A stretch of DNA of 63,858 bases, filler included, from Octopus bimaculoides (lineage: Eukaryota), in assembly GCF_001194135.2 (NCBI RefSeq). It is 6 parts of 6 records of this genome, joined end to end, with 100 filler letters (N's around TTAATTAATTAA, not from the genome) between each part and the next. Parts side by side here need not be neighbours in the genome. Positions count along the whole stretch, not along the records: positions 15,395 to 35,407 come from NC_068989.1; positions 35,508 to 45,921 come from NC_068985.1; 4 more parts are not named here. The stretch is one strand, 5' to 3'. Under the pieces are notes generated by a model that was not told the origin of the DNA, did not search any database, and saw only the letters and a list, made by a program, of their open reading frames with translations. The position numbers were made by a program, and so were the translations under genes. Shown piece by piece: positions 26,069 to 38,819 of this stretch; the stretch's first letter is position 1; the number at the start of each line of letters is the position of its first letter.

Positions 26069-27367
26069 GAGGGTGCAATGAGTAAATTGTCGCTATTTTA
26101 TATTTAATTTCGTGCATGTGCATTATTTGTTTTTGATTTTACCGATTACACAGTATAGTAGTGTCAGTTGGGCACTGTGTGAAAGAAAACCAGAACCATG
26201 ACGTAATTCAATCTGCCAGAAATGAGATGCTGTATTGCTTGGCATTCGCACTAGCAGCTCCAGGAAAGCTCCAGTACGAACATTTCAGAGTATTTGGGTG
26301 TGAATCTGAGTACAGTGCAGAGGACTGGGAAAGAGTTGGACGAGTCTATTGATGATTAAGTAGGTACGGCAGCTCAGAAACTCACTCTGATCGTTCTGAT
26401 AAGAAAAGAACTCCTGGATTTGTTGGTGAGATCCAGGCCATGATTGACAACGATCCCTCCAAGTCATTCAGTTCAGGTCCATCACCTGGGACATGGGTGT
26501 GTCTGAGTTTCTTATCAAGCAGGTAGTGCATGAAGGGATTCGGTATTTCTCATACAGGTTGAGAAAGGGTCAATTTTTATCTCAAGCCGTCAAGGACAAG
26601 AAGAAAGACCGCGCTACGAAACTTTTGAACAAACTCAAGCATCTCCTCCAACCGAACATGCTTTGGTTGTTTTTCAGATGAGCAAAAAATCAGATAGTGA
26701 ACGCACAGAACAAGCGTTGGCTTGCCACGTTCTCAAAACATGTCCCAAGAGTGATAAAAATCAAACAATATCCAGTCAACATCATGGTGTTTGGAGTGAT
26801 CATTAATGATGGCGACATTATGCCCCCCTTCATCTTCCCACACAGCTTCACACTCAACACAAAGGCCTACATCAAGTGCCTGGAGGAGGTAGTGCTCCTT
26901 GGCTCAAGAGGGAGGCTGCTACAAGACCTTTTGTCTGGCAACAGGACTCTGCATCATGCCACACAAGCAGGGGAACCCAGTCATGGCAGTCAGATAATTT
27001 CTACGACCACATCACCCCTTACATCTGACCACCGAACGCCCCAAACTGCAACCCCCTTGATTATTATGTGTGGGATGCAGTTGAACGAGAGACCAACAAA
27101 ACTCCTTGTAACACCAAAGATGAACTGAAGGCAAGGATTATGGCAGCATTGACCAACTTAAACAATGAGACCGTCCAGAAGAGTTGCCAGAAATTCTGAA
27201 GGCATCTGGAGGCAGTAGTTGAAGCCAATGGCGATTTTACTGAAAACATTTACGCTTTAGTATTTCAAGATATTTTTATGTAACTTTGGTAAATATATCT
27301 GTTAAAATGAGATGTCAGTGTTATTTTCATTTCTGCGTAATTTAGACGACAATTTATTCACCGCACC

Positions 27368-27370
<3 letters not shown>
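26069..27370 (+). mobile_element. Near full-length maT (DD37D-like) Tc1/mariner element, transposase disrupted
   Basis: TIRs agggtgcaatgagtaaattgtcg / cgacaatttattcaccgcaccctg then TA; FSDE-like motif, NAQNKRWLA..VNIMVFGVI..DGDIMPPFIFP..AYIKCLEEVVL; frameshifted QDSA/WPPNSPDCNPLDY-like region. Confidence 0.85.
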
Positions 27371-27406
<36 letters not shown>

Positions 27407-27466
27407 CATATATAGGTATGTATGTACACACACAGAGAAATTCTCTCTCACACACACATACACACA

Positions 27467-27511
<45 letters not shown>

Positions 27512-28168
27512 TGTGCGTGTGTGTTATATGTGGGTGGGTGTATGTAACGTTGGATGGAGGAAGAATCTTCTGAAAATTACGAATAAGAAAAGGAAAGATA
27601 AGAAGAGAAAAAAAGTATGTATGATGTTTGTCTGATTTTGGCACACCTGGAATCGCTCCAACAACTGTGATCCACATTTTTTTTTTATTCAGAAACAACG
27701 AGAAAGAAAATGAATAAATAAAATAAAATAACACCAGATAACAAATTTGTTTTTTTCATTTTCTTATAAACTTCTTTGTTTTTCTATACGTTCAAACCTT
27801 CGTATCAAGATTTTATGTCCTAAATTTATTTTACGTTTGCCTTCTTTCTTCACCATTTACATCTGAGATTAAAGGCTCGTGTTTTCTTGTAGATTACGAG
27901 TTTCATTTTCTGAAGAATAATCAAAGAAGAAACTGTAGCATCGATGTCATTTATAGCAGGGCTTCACGGTCTAATGGGGAGATAATTAATGAAACGAAAT
28001 CTTTCTTACAGAGTATCTCCAGATCAAAGATTTGTCCCGAACACATGCTTCGAACAAGGGAAAGAAAAAAATCCTTGCCGGTTCAGATGATGACTATTCA
28101 GTTGTTCAATTAATTAAACTACCTGGTCATTGAATTAACCTGTAACTGGTTGAATATTTCAGGAACGT

Positions 28169-28499
28169 GGAGGCGCAATGGCCCAATGGTTAGGGCAGTG
28201 GACTCGCGGTCATAGGATCGCGGTTTCGATTCCCAGACCGGCCGTTGTGAGTGTTTATTGGGCGAAAACACCTAAAGCTCCACCAAGCTCCGGCAGGGGA
28301 TGATGGCGAACCCTGCTGTACTCTTTCACCACAACTTTCTCTCACTCTTACTTCCTGCTTCTGTTGCACCTGTATTTCAAAGGACCAGCCTTGTCACACT
28401 CTGTGTCACGCTGAATATCCCCGAGAACTACGTTAAGGGTACACGTGTCTGTGGAGTGCTCAGCCACTTGCACGTTAATTTCACGAGCAGGCTGTTCCG
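28169..28499 (+). mobile_element. SINE family C, undeleted copy running into a gap
   Basis: ggaggcgcaatggcccaatggttagggcagtggactcgcggtcataggatcgcggtttcgattcc tRNA-like head with A and B boxes. Confidence 0.9.
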
Positions 28500-28874
28500 N
28501 NNNNNNNNNNNNNNNNNNNNNNNNNNNNNNNNNNNNNNNNNNNNNNNNNNNNNNNNNNNNNNNNNNNNNNNNNNNNNNNNNNNNNNNNNNNNNNNNNNNN
28601 NNNNNNNNNNNNNNNNNNNNNNNNNNNNNNNNNNNNNNNNNNNNNNNNNNNNNNNNNNNNNNNNNNNNNNNNNNNNNNNNNNNNNNNNNNNNNNNNNNNN
28701 NNNNNNNNNNNNNNNNNNNNNNNNNNNNNNNNNNNNNNNNNNNNNNNNNNNNNNNNNNNNNNNNNNNNNNNNNNNNNNNNNNNNNNNNNNNNNNNNNNNN
28801 NNNNNNNNNNNNNNNNNNNNNNNNNNNNNNNNNNNNNNNNNNNNNNNNNNNNNNNNNNNNNNNNNNNNNNNNNN

Positions 28875-29040
28875 AAACGAAGAAAACCAAGAATTGCTTC
28901 CCCCTTTTCCGCAATTTTTGCTTTTCTTGCTTTCTAAGCGACTTCCAGGCTGGGTTCCAAAAGTTACAGGAACGCTGGGACCGGTGTAGTGCTGCGCAAG
29001 GTAACTATTTCGAAGGAATAGTTTTTGATACCACCTCGTA
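28875..29040 (+). pseudogene. mariner transposase C-terminal fragment
   Basis: SDFQAGFQKLQERWDRCSAAQGNYFEG, typical mariner C-terminus, followed by TIR-like ..ataccacctcgta. Confidence 0.6.
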
Positions 29041-29826
29041 TGCCACGTTTAAATGCCTTTACAATGTTCACAGAGCATTGAACAGCGTCATAATATCGGC
29101 ATTTTGATACCGGGCAAAAAATTAACATGATACATGTAACTTTTTTCCAATATTCAAATGGCTTCCAGTTTTTCATGTCAGCTAACTTTTTCTAAAGTAC
29201 AACTTTAATCTTTATGCTCTCCAACGCCGTTGACTGTTCAGCAATACATTACGCTTGATATAGAGAAACATAACAGATCATCAAATGCAGACCGAAAACC
29301 CTGTATATGGCAAAAGACAACAAGCAGTGTGGTCGAACCTGGAAGTACTTAATTGTGAAGCAATCTTGGTAGTCATACAAGTCGATGCTCACGCCTACTA
29401 TAAGCTCTTAGTTAATTAATTAACTAATTAATTAATTAATTTGTTTACCTTTCTATTAATTTCAATAAGTTACCAATTTCTTATACAGTCATAATAAGAA
29501 ATGTCATTAGGAAATAGAATGCAGAATTATTTTGAAAAAATCAGCCTTCACTTATGAAAATACAAAAAATAACATTAGAATAATTATTAAAAAAGTCTTG
29601 TAAAATTTTAAGACGGGAAATAAGAATAATATAAAAAAGAAACGAACTAAAATGAAATGTTACTTATGAAAAGTAGGCTAAATGTATTGGCAATTTTCCA
29701 AGCCTGACTTCACTGTGGGTAGAGTGTATACACAAGATATAAACATAGGCGGAATATTTTACAAACAGGAGAGTGTTATGTTGTGAGTTATATCCTAATT
29801 TTTTTACCTGGAAGTGGGGAGCGCTG

Positions 29827-29890
<64 letters not shown>

Positions 29891-30119
29891 GGTGCGCGCG
29901 CGTTATATAAAGAATTTTTTTTTTTTTATGAGTTGGTTTCTAACCCAGAGACAAACCTTCATCGATGGAATTTAAACACAGTCAACTTGTTAGTCACTGT
30001 ATGTATGTATGTATGTATATATATGTGGGTATATGTGTATCTGTATGTGTATATGCATGAATGAATTAATGTGTACAGGCCTGCTTATGTATGTGCATCT
30101 ATCTATCTATCTATTCTAT

Positions 30120-30168
<49 letters not shown>

Positions 30169-30501
30169 TCTATTCTATCTATCTTTCTATCTATCTATCT
30201 ATCTAGCTAGCTAGCTAGGTATATATAAAGCGTGCAAAATTAGGTATACAGTTATGAAAAAAAAAACACGCACAATATTCATTTATTTTTATCAAAATAA
30301 TTATAATTTACGGTAAAAGTATTATTGTGGTTATGACAAATGTATTATTATTATTATTAATAACACTGAAAATATCAAAAGCTAACTTTAATTTTTTTTT
30401 GATAAAAATAAATGAGTATTGTACGTCTTCTCTTTCTTCATAACTGTATACCTACTGTGTGTGTGTATGTGTACATGTATATATATAATATGCACCTCCC
30501 C

Positions 30502-30545
<44 letters not shown>

Positions 30546-31328
30546 NNNNNNNNNNNNNNNNNNNNNNNNNNNNNNNNNNNNNNNNNNNNNNNNNNNNNNN
30601 NNNNNNNNNNNNNNNNNNNNNNNNNNNNNNNNNNNNNNNNNNNNNNNNNNNNNNNNNNNNNNNNNNNNNNNNNNNNNNNNNNNNNNNNNNNNNNNNNNNN
30701 NNNNNNNNNNNNNNNNNNNNNNNNNNNNNNNNNNNNNNNNNNNNNNNNNNNNNNNNNNNNNNNNNNNNNNNNNNNNNNNNNNNNNNNNNNNNNNNNNNNN
30801 NNNNNNNNNNNNNNNNNNNNNNNNNNNNNNNNNNNNNNNNNNNNNNNNNNNNNNNNNNNNNNNNNNNNNNNNNNNNNNNNNNNNNNNNNNNNNNNNNNNN
30901 NNNNNNNNNNNNNNNNNNNNNNNNNNNNNNNNNNNNNNNNNNNNNNNNNNNNNNNNNNNNNNNNNNNNNNNNNNNNNNNNNNNNNNNNNNNNNNNNNNNN
31001 NNNNNNNNNNNNNNNNNNNNNNNNNNNNNNNNNNNNNNNNNNNNNNNNNNNNNNNNNNNNNNNNNNNNNNNNNNNNNNNNNNNNNNNNNNNNNNNNNNNN
31101 NNNNNNNNNNNNNNNNNNNNNNNNNNNNNNNNNNNNNNNNNNNNNNNNNNNNNNNNNNNNNNNNNNNNNNNNNNNNNNNNNNNNNNNNNNNNNNNNNNNN
31201 NNNNNNNNNNNNNNNNNNNNNNNNNNNNNNNNNNNNNNNNNNNNNNNNNNNNNNNNNNNNNNNNNNNNNNNNNNNNNNNNNNNNNNNNNNNNNNNNNNNN
31301 NNNNNNNNNNNNNNNNNNNNNNNNNNNN

Positions 31329-31788
31329 TTTCAAGTACCACTTGAAAAGGAAGGCGAGAATGGAGAGGCAGGTTTTGTCTCGTGAAAGTTTCAAAAAAAG
31401 ATGGGTGAATGTGATAAAGATGATGCGTGCGAGTGACGAAACCACTTTGAGTATGATCTTGTAAATCGAAGAGAGAGAGGGAGAGAGAGGGAGAGAGAGA
31501 GAGAGAGAGAGCACTTTGCCCTCATGTGTTTATGCCTTCCCTGACTGAAGTTACCGTGGTCTTTTCCGTAGGTTTTTCTTTCCACGGATAAACCTAATCT
31601 TACTTTCTACTTTTTAAAAATTCTTCTGTGATACACGACCCCTTTTGATCGTTTTTTTCCCTGTCCCTTTTGACCGGAATTTTACTTTTGTTTTCTTATT
31701 AATCCCCTTTTTTCATTTTCGAACAGAAAAGCTCTACATTCGTATTTGTCCCCTCTGTGTTCAGCCCTGTGTGGCCAATGAACAAAGT
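31329..31788 (+). mobile_element. Tx1-like LINE 3' end
   Basis: FKYHLKRKARMERQVLSRESFKKRWVNVIKMMR then shared 3' UTR and (TATC) tail. Confidence 0.75.
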
Positions 31789-31803
31789 TATCTATCTATC
31801 TAT

Positions 31804-32037
31804 CTTATTTCTTTATTGCCCAGAAGGGGCTGAACACAGAAGGGGACAAACAAGGACAGACAAAGAGATTAAGTCGATTATATCGACCCCAGTTACGCAG
31901 TGGTACTTAATTTATCGACCCCGAAAGGATGAAAGGCAAAGTCGACCTCGGCGGAATTTGAACTCAGAACGTAACGGCAGACAAAATACCGCTAAGCATT
32001 TCGCCCGGCGTGCTAACGTTTCGGCCAGCTCACCGCC
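31804..32037 (-). mobile_element. Full-length SINE family B (type-1 tail) inside (TATC)n
   Basis: Reverse complement ggcggtgagctggccgaaacgttagc..gagttcaaattccgccgaggtcgactttgcctttcatcctttcggggtcg..tttgtccccttctgtgttcagcccc..aataaagaaa. Confidence 0.92.
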
Positions 32038-32038
32038 T

Positions 32039-32091
<53 letters not shown>

Positions 32092-32986
32092 GTATCTATC
32101 TATCTATGTCTATATTTAGAAACATTTATTATGCGTATGTGTGTGTGTGTGTGCGCGCGCGTACGCGTGCCTATTTTGTTCCTCTGTGTACTTTATTCCT
32201 TTCTGTACTTGTAGTTCAGTGAAGTTTAAAAATTACATTCACATATAAATATTATTTTCATTCCCCTATATGATACGTCTATATTTGAGTGTGTGGGCAC
32301 GAGGTAATTGTACGTATATATATATAAAATAATTATTATAAATAATTATATTATATCCTATATTATATTATATATATATATATGTATGCATATATGTATA
32401 CATATATATATGTATACACACAAACACACACACATATGAATATCCTTGCACACACACACCCATATATACACATACATGCATATACATATAAGTGTGTGTG
32501 TGTGTGTGTGTGTGTGCATACCTAAATACCTAAATACCTACATCACTGGTAAACATATGTTGCTATACATTATTACTCTCCGCTGGGAGAATCTTCGAGA
32601 GGTTCCCTCAATCCCTTAAGTTCTTTTGTAATTGCTTTAACAGAAGCTGTTTTGAAGAACACGTGAATGGCACGTGCAAGAATGTATATTATTGTTATTA
32701 TATAATACAGATGATATTATTGGTATATCACAACGTGAGGAGCGATTGTATAGTAAGATGTTAGTACATCCAATCCATTTTATAGTCTAGGTTGAATGTT
32801 AATTCATTTCACCTCCCCCTCCAGTATTAAGGGCTATTATTTTAACCCTTAAAGAAGTAAAAATGAAACTTTGACCCTAAAGGCCAAAAAATGGCAGGAG
32901 TGTTAGGGTGTTGGTTGAAATGATTTTTTTTGTTTTTTTATTCGTCATTTGAGTCATGAGGTTCATTTTCACCGTTCATCTTACCC

Positions 32987-33136
32987 GGGTTGTGGTAAGT
33001 AGCTTGCTTACCAACCACATGGTTCCTGGTTCAGTCCCACTGCGTGGCACCTTGGGCAAGTGTCTTCTACTATAACCTCGGGCCGACCAAAGCCTTGTGA
33101 GTGGATTTGGTAGACGGAAACTGAAAGAAGCCCGTC

Positions 33137-33182
<46 letters not shown>

Positions 33183-33387
33183 ATGGTTATGTGTCTGTGT
33201 TTGTCTCCCCACCATCACTTGACAACTGATGCTGGTGTGTTTACGTCCCCGTATCTTAGCGGTTCAGCAAAAAAGACTGATAGAATAAGTACTAGGCTTA
33301 CAAAGAATAAGTCCCGGAGTCGATTCATCGACTAAAGGCGGTGCTCCAGCATGGCCGCAGTCAAATGACTGAAACAAATAAAAGATA
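32987..33387 (+). mobile_element. SINE family A, near full length
   Basis: Head, internal (AT/GT) microsatellite and tail all present. Confidence 0.92.
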
Positions 33388-33874
33388 AAACAAGTATACA
33401 AGAACACTAGTCTAGGACAGTAGACGAGCAGAATTTGTTCCGGCTCATTGCATTCTGAGTTTGAAATTTGGCCGTGGTCTATTTGAAGAGGTAGAATAAC
33501 TCCGAAAGCCAGTTTCATACCACTTTCTAGTGGTGGGTGTACCTTAAGGGGAAGTCACTCTGTTGCAAACATTCGGTTCAGATCTCTGCTTCCAGGGTAA
33601 CTTCACCTACTCCACCCACTTCTATCTCTTTTACACTAGTTTTGTGGATCCTCAAAAAAGTGTCACGCCTGAAAAGCTTTAAAATATAAACTACCAAAAT
33701 CTAACTATGAGGGTTCTGATAAGCTTTGTAGATATCAGTATAATATCCACAAATAACCTTCAGTTAGTTTACACACACACACATACGCACACACACGCAC
33801 ACAAACACTGACACGCACACACACACACACACACATACACACACACACACACATACACACACACTCTGAGATCG

Positions 33875-34019
33875 TGTTTGCCCTTCATCCTTTCAGGGTC
33901 GATAAAACAAGTACCATTGTGTACTGGGATCAATGCAATCGACTATCCCACTCCCCTAAATTTCAGGCCTTGTGCCTATAGTATAAAGGATTCTTCTTCT
34001 TCTTCTTCTTCTTCTTCTT

Positions 34020-34106
<87 letters not shown>
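33875..34106 (+). mobile_element. SINE family B 3' part (type-2 tail) with (TTC)n(TTA)n tail
   Basis: ttcatcctttcagggtcgataaa..cccctaaatttcaggccttgtgcctatagtataaagg then microsatellite. Confidence 0.75.
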
Positions 34107-34108
<2 letters not shown>

Positions 34109-34536
34109 TTTTGTTCATCATGTACAAGTACTTTATATTCATCATTATTTTATTTATTTTATTCAATTTTAGAATTCCAGAGCCTATTGAACTTATTTTG
34201 TACGTGACCTTTGGCCCACTCTGTATATGTATGTATGCATGTATGTATGTATGTATGTATGTATGTATGTATGTATGTATGTGTACACACGAGTATGTAT
34301 AAGTACACACGAGTAAGCACATAAATGCAAAACAAGGTGGAAGAAGTAGTACTCGAATACTGAAGGTAGAGTAATATGCATTTTTTTAAAGCTGAAAAAA
34401 CATCCGATTTATTCCAGTCTTAATCAAAACTGTCTGACGCACAGAAACGTGAAACTCTTGAGGAACAGATTTTGTGATGTCTTTGTAGCTTTAATAAGGA
34501 GTACACACACATATACACACGCACACACACACACAC

Positions 34537-34572
<36 letters not shown>

Positions 34573-34730
34573 ATACATACGTGCGTACATACATTCCATA
34601 CATGCATGCATGCATATATTTGTACACATACATAGACACATACATATATAGTTGCATTCTAAAGTCATTGACGCACGCAGTACTATATATGCAGAGAGGC
34701 ACGTATGTCTGTGTGTACTCATGTAAGTAC

Positions 34731-35056
34731 GTTGTTGTTGTTGTTGGCACTCCGTCGCTTACGACGACGAGGGTTTCAGTTTATCCGATCAACGGAACAG
34801 CCTGCTCGTGAAATTAACAGGCAAGTGGCTGAGCACTCCACAGACACGTGTACCCTTAACGTAGTTCTCGGGAATATTCAGCGTGACACAGTGTGACAAG
34901 GGTGACCCTTTGAACTACAGGCACAAGAGAAACAAGAAGTAAGAGCTTCAGGTGGTTTCGCTCAATAAACACTCACAACGTCCAGTCTGGGGGATCGAAA
35001 CCGCGATCATATGACCACGAGTCCGCTGCCCTAACCACTGGGCCATTGCGCTTCCA
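34731..35056 (-). mobile_element. SINE family C
   Basis: Reverse complement of the 28169 copy with an internal deletion; (CAA)n tail. Confidence 0.9.
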
Positions 35057-35923
35057 CTATGTAAGTACACACCGCGTTAAAAGCGTAGGACGAATCGAAT
35101 ATTTGAACATGGCGTCAAAATATAAGCAAAGAAACAATCGGTAACACTAACAATATTGATGTATGGCGAGCATGAAATTAACTTTTCCCCTTGTATCTTC
35201 GTTGGATGTCTGGATTGTAGAGTTCTACACGAAAGGAAGGCAGCACGTGTACCATGTGTTTATCATCGCAACATTTGCATGTCATCTTCGAATCGTTTTT
35301 ATTTTCCTCTGAAGATATAAGTAGCAATAGCGAGGGGATTACTTCCGTTATAAATTTTTTGCGCGCTGTCAATAGATATATTCATATATATATATAAGTG
35401 TATATATNNNNNNNNNNNNNNNNNNNNNNNNNNNNNNNNNNNNNNNNNNNNTTAATTAATTAANNNNNNNNNNNNNNNNNNNNNNNNNNNNNNNNNNNNN
35501 NNNNNNNGTCCATCACTGGAACTGTAAAAATCTGTAAAACTATCCAGAAGTTTATCATTTAAATATATATGAGCATGTTTAGATATGGAAGTATATGCAT
35601 GAGAATACATACATAAAACAAAACACAAATCTGCACGTATACATATACACACACACATACATGCCTACATACATACATACATACATACATACATACATGC
35701 ATGCATACATACATACCTACATACATACATACATACATGCATGCATACATACATACATACATACATACATACATACATGCATACATACATACATACAAAG
35801 GTACCCTGTTGTTGATTTTGAAATTCCCTGAAGGAACCTTGTATCTAAGTTAGAAACCGATTCCTTCTGTATTGGCAAGAAATCTTGAAATAAACTGAAT
35901 AATGATATACATACATACATACA

Positions 35924-35957
<34 letters not shown>

Positions 35958-35969
35958 CATACATACATC

Positions 35970-36480
35970 TGATGCAGTACCAGGCAGTGGATCTCGTGGA
36001 TTCTGGTCTTAACTGATTGGAAGTGTTATCATGTACGCTGTTTTGTCTTGGTATAAAAGATGGGCTACTGCAAATATTGTGCTGAATACCACAGATTTGC
36101 TTGTCACTCGTTTGACATTAACCAGTTGAGCGTGTCCCTTAGTGGCTGACGATATATGCATCTCTGATCACGAGGAGAAGTGGGGTAACATCATATCCAC
36201 GTGTTGAAAGGTATTCTTTGGGATTTGGATAATTGACCTTTGGAAACATGGTGTTTCGTTCAACATCCTTAAACAACCCGTATTCAGGGACCTTTTGAGC
36301 GGGATGGGCTACTCAATTCCATGGGCTGTTTATCTTGATATGAGATCACCATGTCGCGCACATATGTTTGTGATGCATGTGCCTGGTGTACTCTTATCAG
36401 ACGGGTACTTATGATGGGTATACTGGTCTTTGTATATTTTACTCCAGTGTCACTTAGATGGCATGCACTGCTCTCTCCTA
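35970..36480 (+). mobile_element. Unclassified interspersed repeat family F
   Basis: Reverse-complement homolog of 38820-39310 (e.g. cagtgtcacttagatggcatgcactgctctc vs gagagcagtgaatgtcatcaaagtgacactg). Confidence 0.75.
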
Positions 36481-37842
36481 CATACACGCATACTTATAGC
36501 AAATGAGTTCTAGATTATTATACTTAAACTGTTGGTGATTTCATCTTCAACTTATGTCAGGAAGCTAGATTTTCTTAATAGTACATACAATCACTATCAT
36601 TTGCAGAAAATTCACCCACTGGTGGGTTTCTGCGATGTTATTTAAAATTTATTTGGTCTTCTTTTCGAATATATGGATTTGCATTGTCCAATGTGATGTT
36701 TCTTAAGTAAATTTACCTTCTATTTTTGATAGAGCCAATTAGAATCGCTTAATGGCTTTTATAAATGTGTGTGAGTTATTTAGAGAATGTCTGGCATGTA
36801 TTACTTGTATATCATTGTTTGCTTGTGTGTACCTATTTATTATCTTGTCGTTTTGTATTTATATATAACACTACGGTCACCCAATGCGCCATTTCCCAGC
36901 TCCAGACTTTAGGGAAATGTCGTGAATGCTTTAGAGAAATGTCGTTCGAATTCTTTTCAGTCTCTCGCTTTCTCTCTCTCTCTCTCTCTCTCTTCCCCCC
37001 CTCTCTCTCTCTCTCTTCCCCCACTCCCTCTTCCCCTCCCTCTCTCTCTCCTTCTTTCTCTTCCCACCCTTCTTTCTCGAAGAAATCGACCGTATTCAAT
37101 TGAGGATAGAACTGGACTCCGCCATGTTTAAGAATACTAAGACCCGCTGTATATTCTGGCACCAAATTTACAGCCCCATCAAGAATTATATTGAATGCTG
37201 TCGCAAGCATCAAAGTATTGTGAATCGTTCAAAACATATTAATGGCCCTTCGCTGATTCGAAATATCCATTATTTTAAAGAAAAGGGAAACGCGACAAGA
37301 AGTATTGATGTCGTTCATGCCTTTCCATAAGACTGTTGGGTCGTAGGTGAATTGTAACAATTTCAACTCAAGATTGAAACTGCGTTGAGATCATGTTTTC
37401 CTTTACAAGAAACTTATACGACCACGACGTGTAGCGACAGGAAACGAAGTGGCTCTATATTTAGATAATTGGAATAAAATTACATATAATTGGAATGAAA
37501 TTATATATAATTGAAAACATAATATTTTAAGGTCTTTCCTTTTAAACACTGCTTCATATCCAAATGTTGATATTTTCATAAGCACAAAGCAACAGGATTA
37601 ATTCTCATGCATAAATTAATACTTTTCTTCAGCTTCAATGTATAAGTGTAAAGCTCTGGATTAAAATAAACAAATTAAACCAACTAAAAATACTACTATT
37701 TAATGAGCCTGTCTCTACACGATCACAAAACTAGCTTTTAATAAATCCCCCTCGAATCACGCTTCATCATCTAAAAAAAAATACCGAACAATGCATTAAG
37801 AATAATTTAGGTATGGTTACTCTGTGTATAAAAATAAACATG

Positions 37843-37910
<68 letters not shown>

Positions 37911-38544
37911 NNNNNNNNNNNNNNNNNNNNNNNNNNNNNNNNNNNNNNNNNNNNNNNNNNNNNNNNNNNNNNNNNNNNNNNNNNNNNNNNNNNNNNNNNN
38001 NNNNNNNNNNNNNNNNNNNNNNNNNNNNNNNNNNNNNNNNNNNNNNNNNNNNNNNNNNNNNNNNNNNNNNNNNNNNNNNNNNNNNNNNNNNNNNNNNNNN
38101 NNNNNNNNNNNNNNNNNNNNNNNNNNNNNNNNNNNNNNNNNNNNNNNNNNNNNNNNNNNNNNNNNNNNNNNNNNNNNNNNNNNNNNNNNNNNNNNNNNNN
38201 NNNNNNNNNNNNNNNNNNNNNNNNNNNNNNNNNNNNNNNNNNNNNNNNNNNNNNNNNNNNNNNNNNNNNNNNNNNNNNNNNNNNNNNNNNNNNNNNNNNN
38301 NNNNNNNNNNNNNNNNNNNNNNNNNNNNNNNNNNNNNNNNNNNNNNNNNNNNNNNNNNNNNNNNNNNNNNNNNNNNNNNNNNNNNNNNNNNNNNNNNNNN
38401 NNNNNNNNNNNNNNNNNNNNNNNNNNNNNNNNNNNNNNNNNNNNNNNNNNNNNNNNNNNNNNNNNNNNNNNNNNNNNNNNNNNNNNNNNNNNNNNNNNNN
38501 NNNNNNNNNNNNNNNNNNNNNNNNNNNNNNNNNNNNNNNNNNNN

Positions 38545-38760
38545 TGAGGAGGCATGATTTTTGTCTGAAGTCTTTCAGTATGATGTCTGGCCTATTTGCG
38601 TCTATCTTTCTGTCAGTTTGAATGGTGAAGTTCCAGAGGATTGCAATGTGATCATTTTCAAGTACTGGGGGTGGTTTGTGTTCCCACCAGTTTTTATCAT
38701 GGGGCAAGTCCAGGTTTTTGCATATTACCCAGTGAATATATTGTGCAGCTCTATCATGCC
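38545..38760 (-). pseudogene. Dong/R4-clade non-LTR retrotransposon, restriction-like endonuclease fragment
   Basis: RHDRAAQYIHWVICKNLDLPHDKNWWEHKPPPVLENDHIAILWNFTIQTDRKIDANRPDIILKDFRQKSCLL. Confidence 0.85.
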
Positions 38761-38819
38761 TGTTATTATTATTATTATTACTATTGTTGTTGTTGTTGTT
38801 GTTGCTGTTGTTGCTGTTG

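Noticed and set aside
28169-28245. tRNA-like sequence with A and B boxes
   Set aside because: It is the head of SINE family C, with no proper cloverleaf, and continues into the SINE body in several copies.
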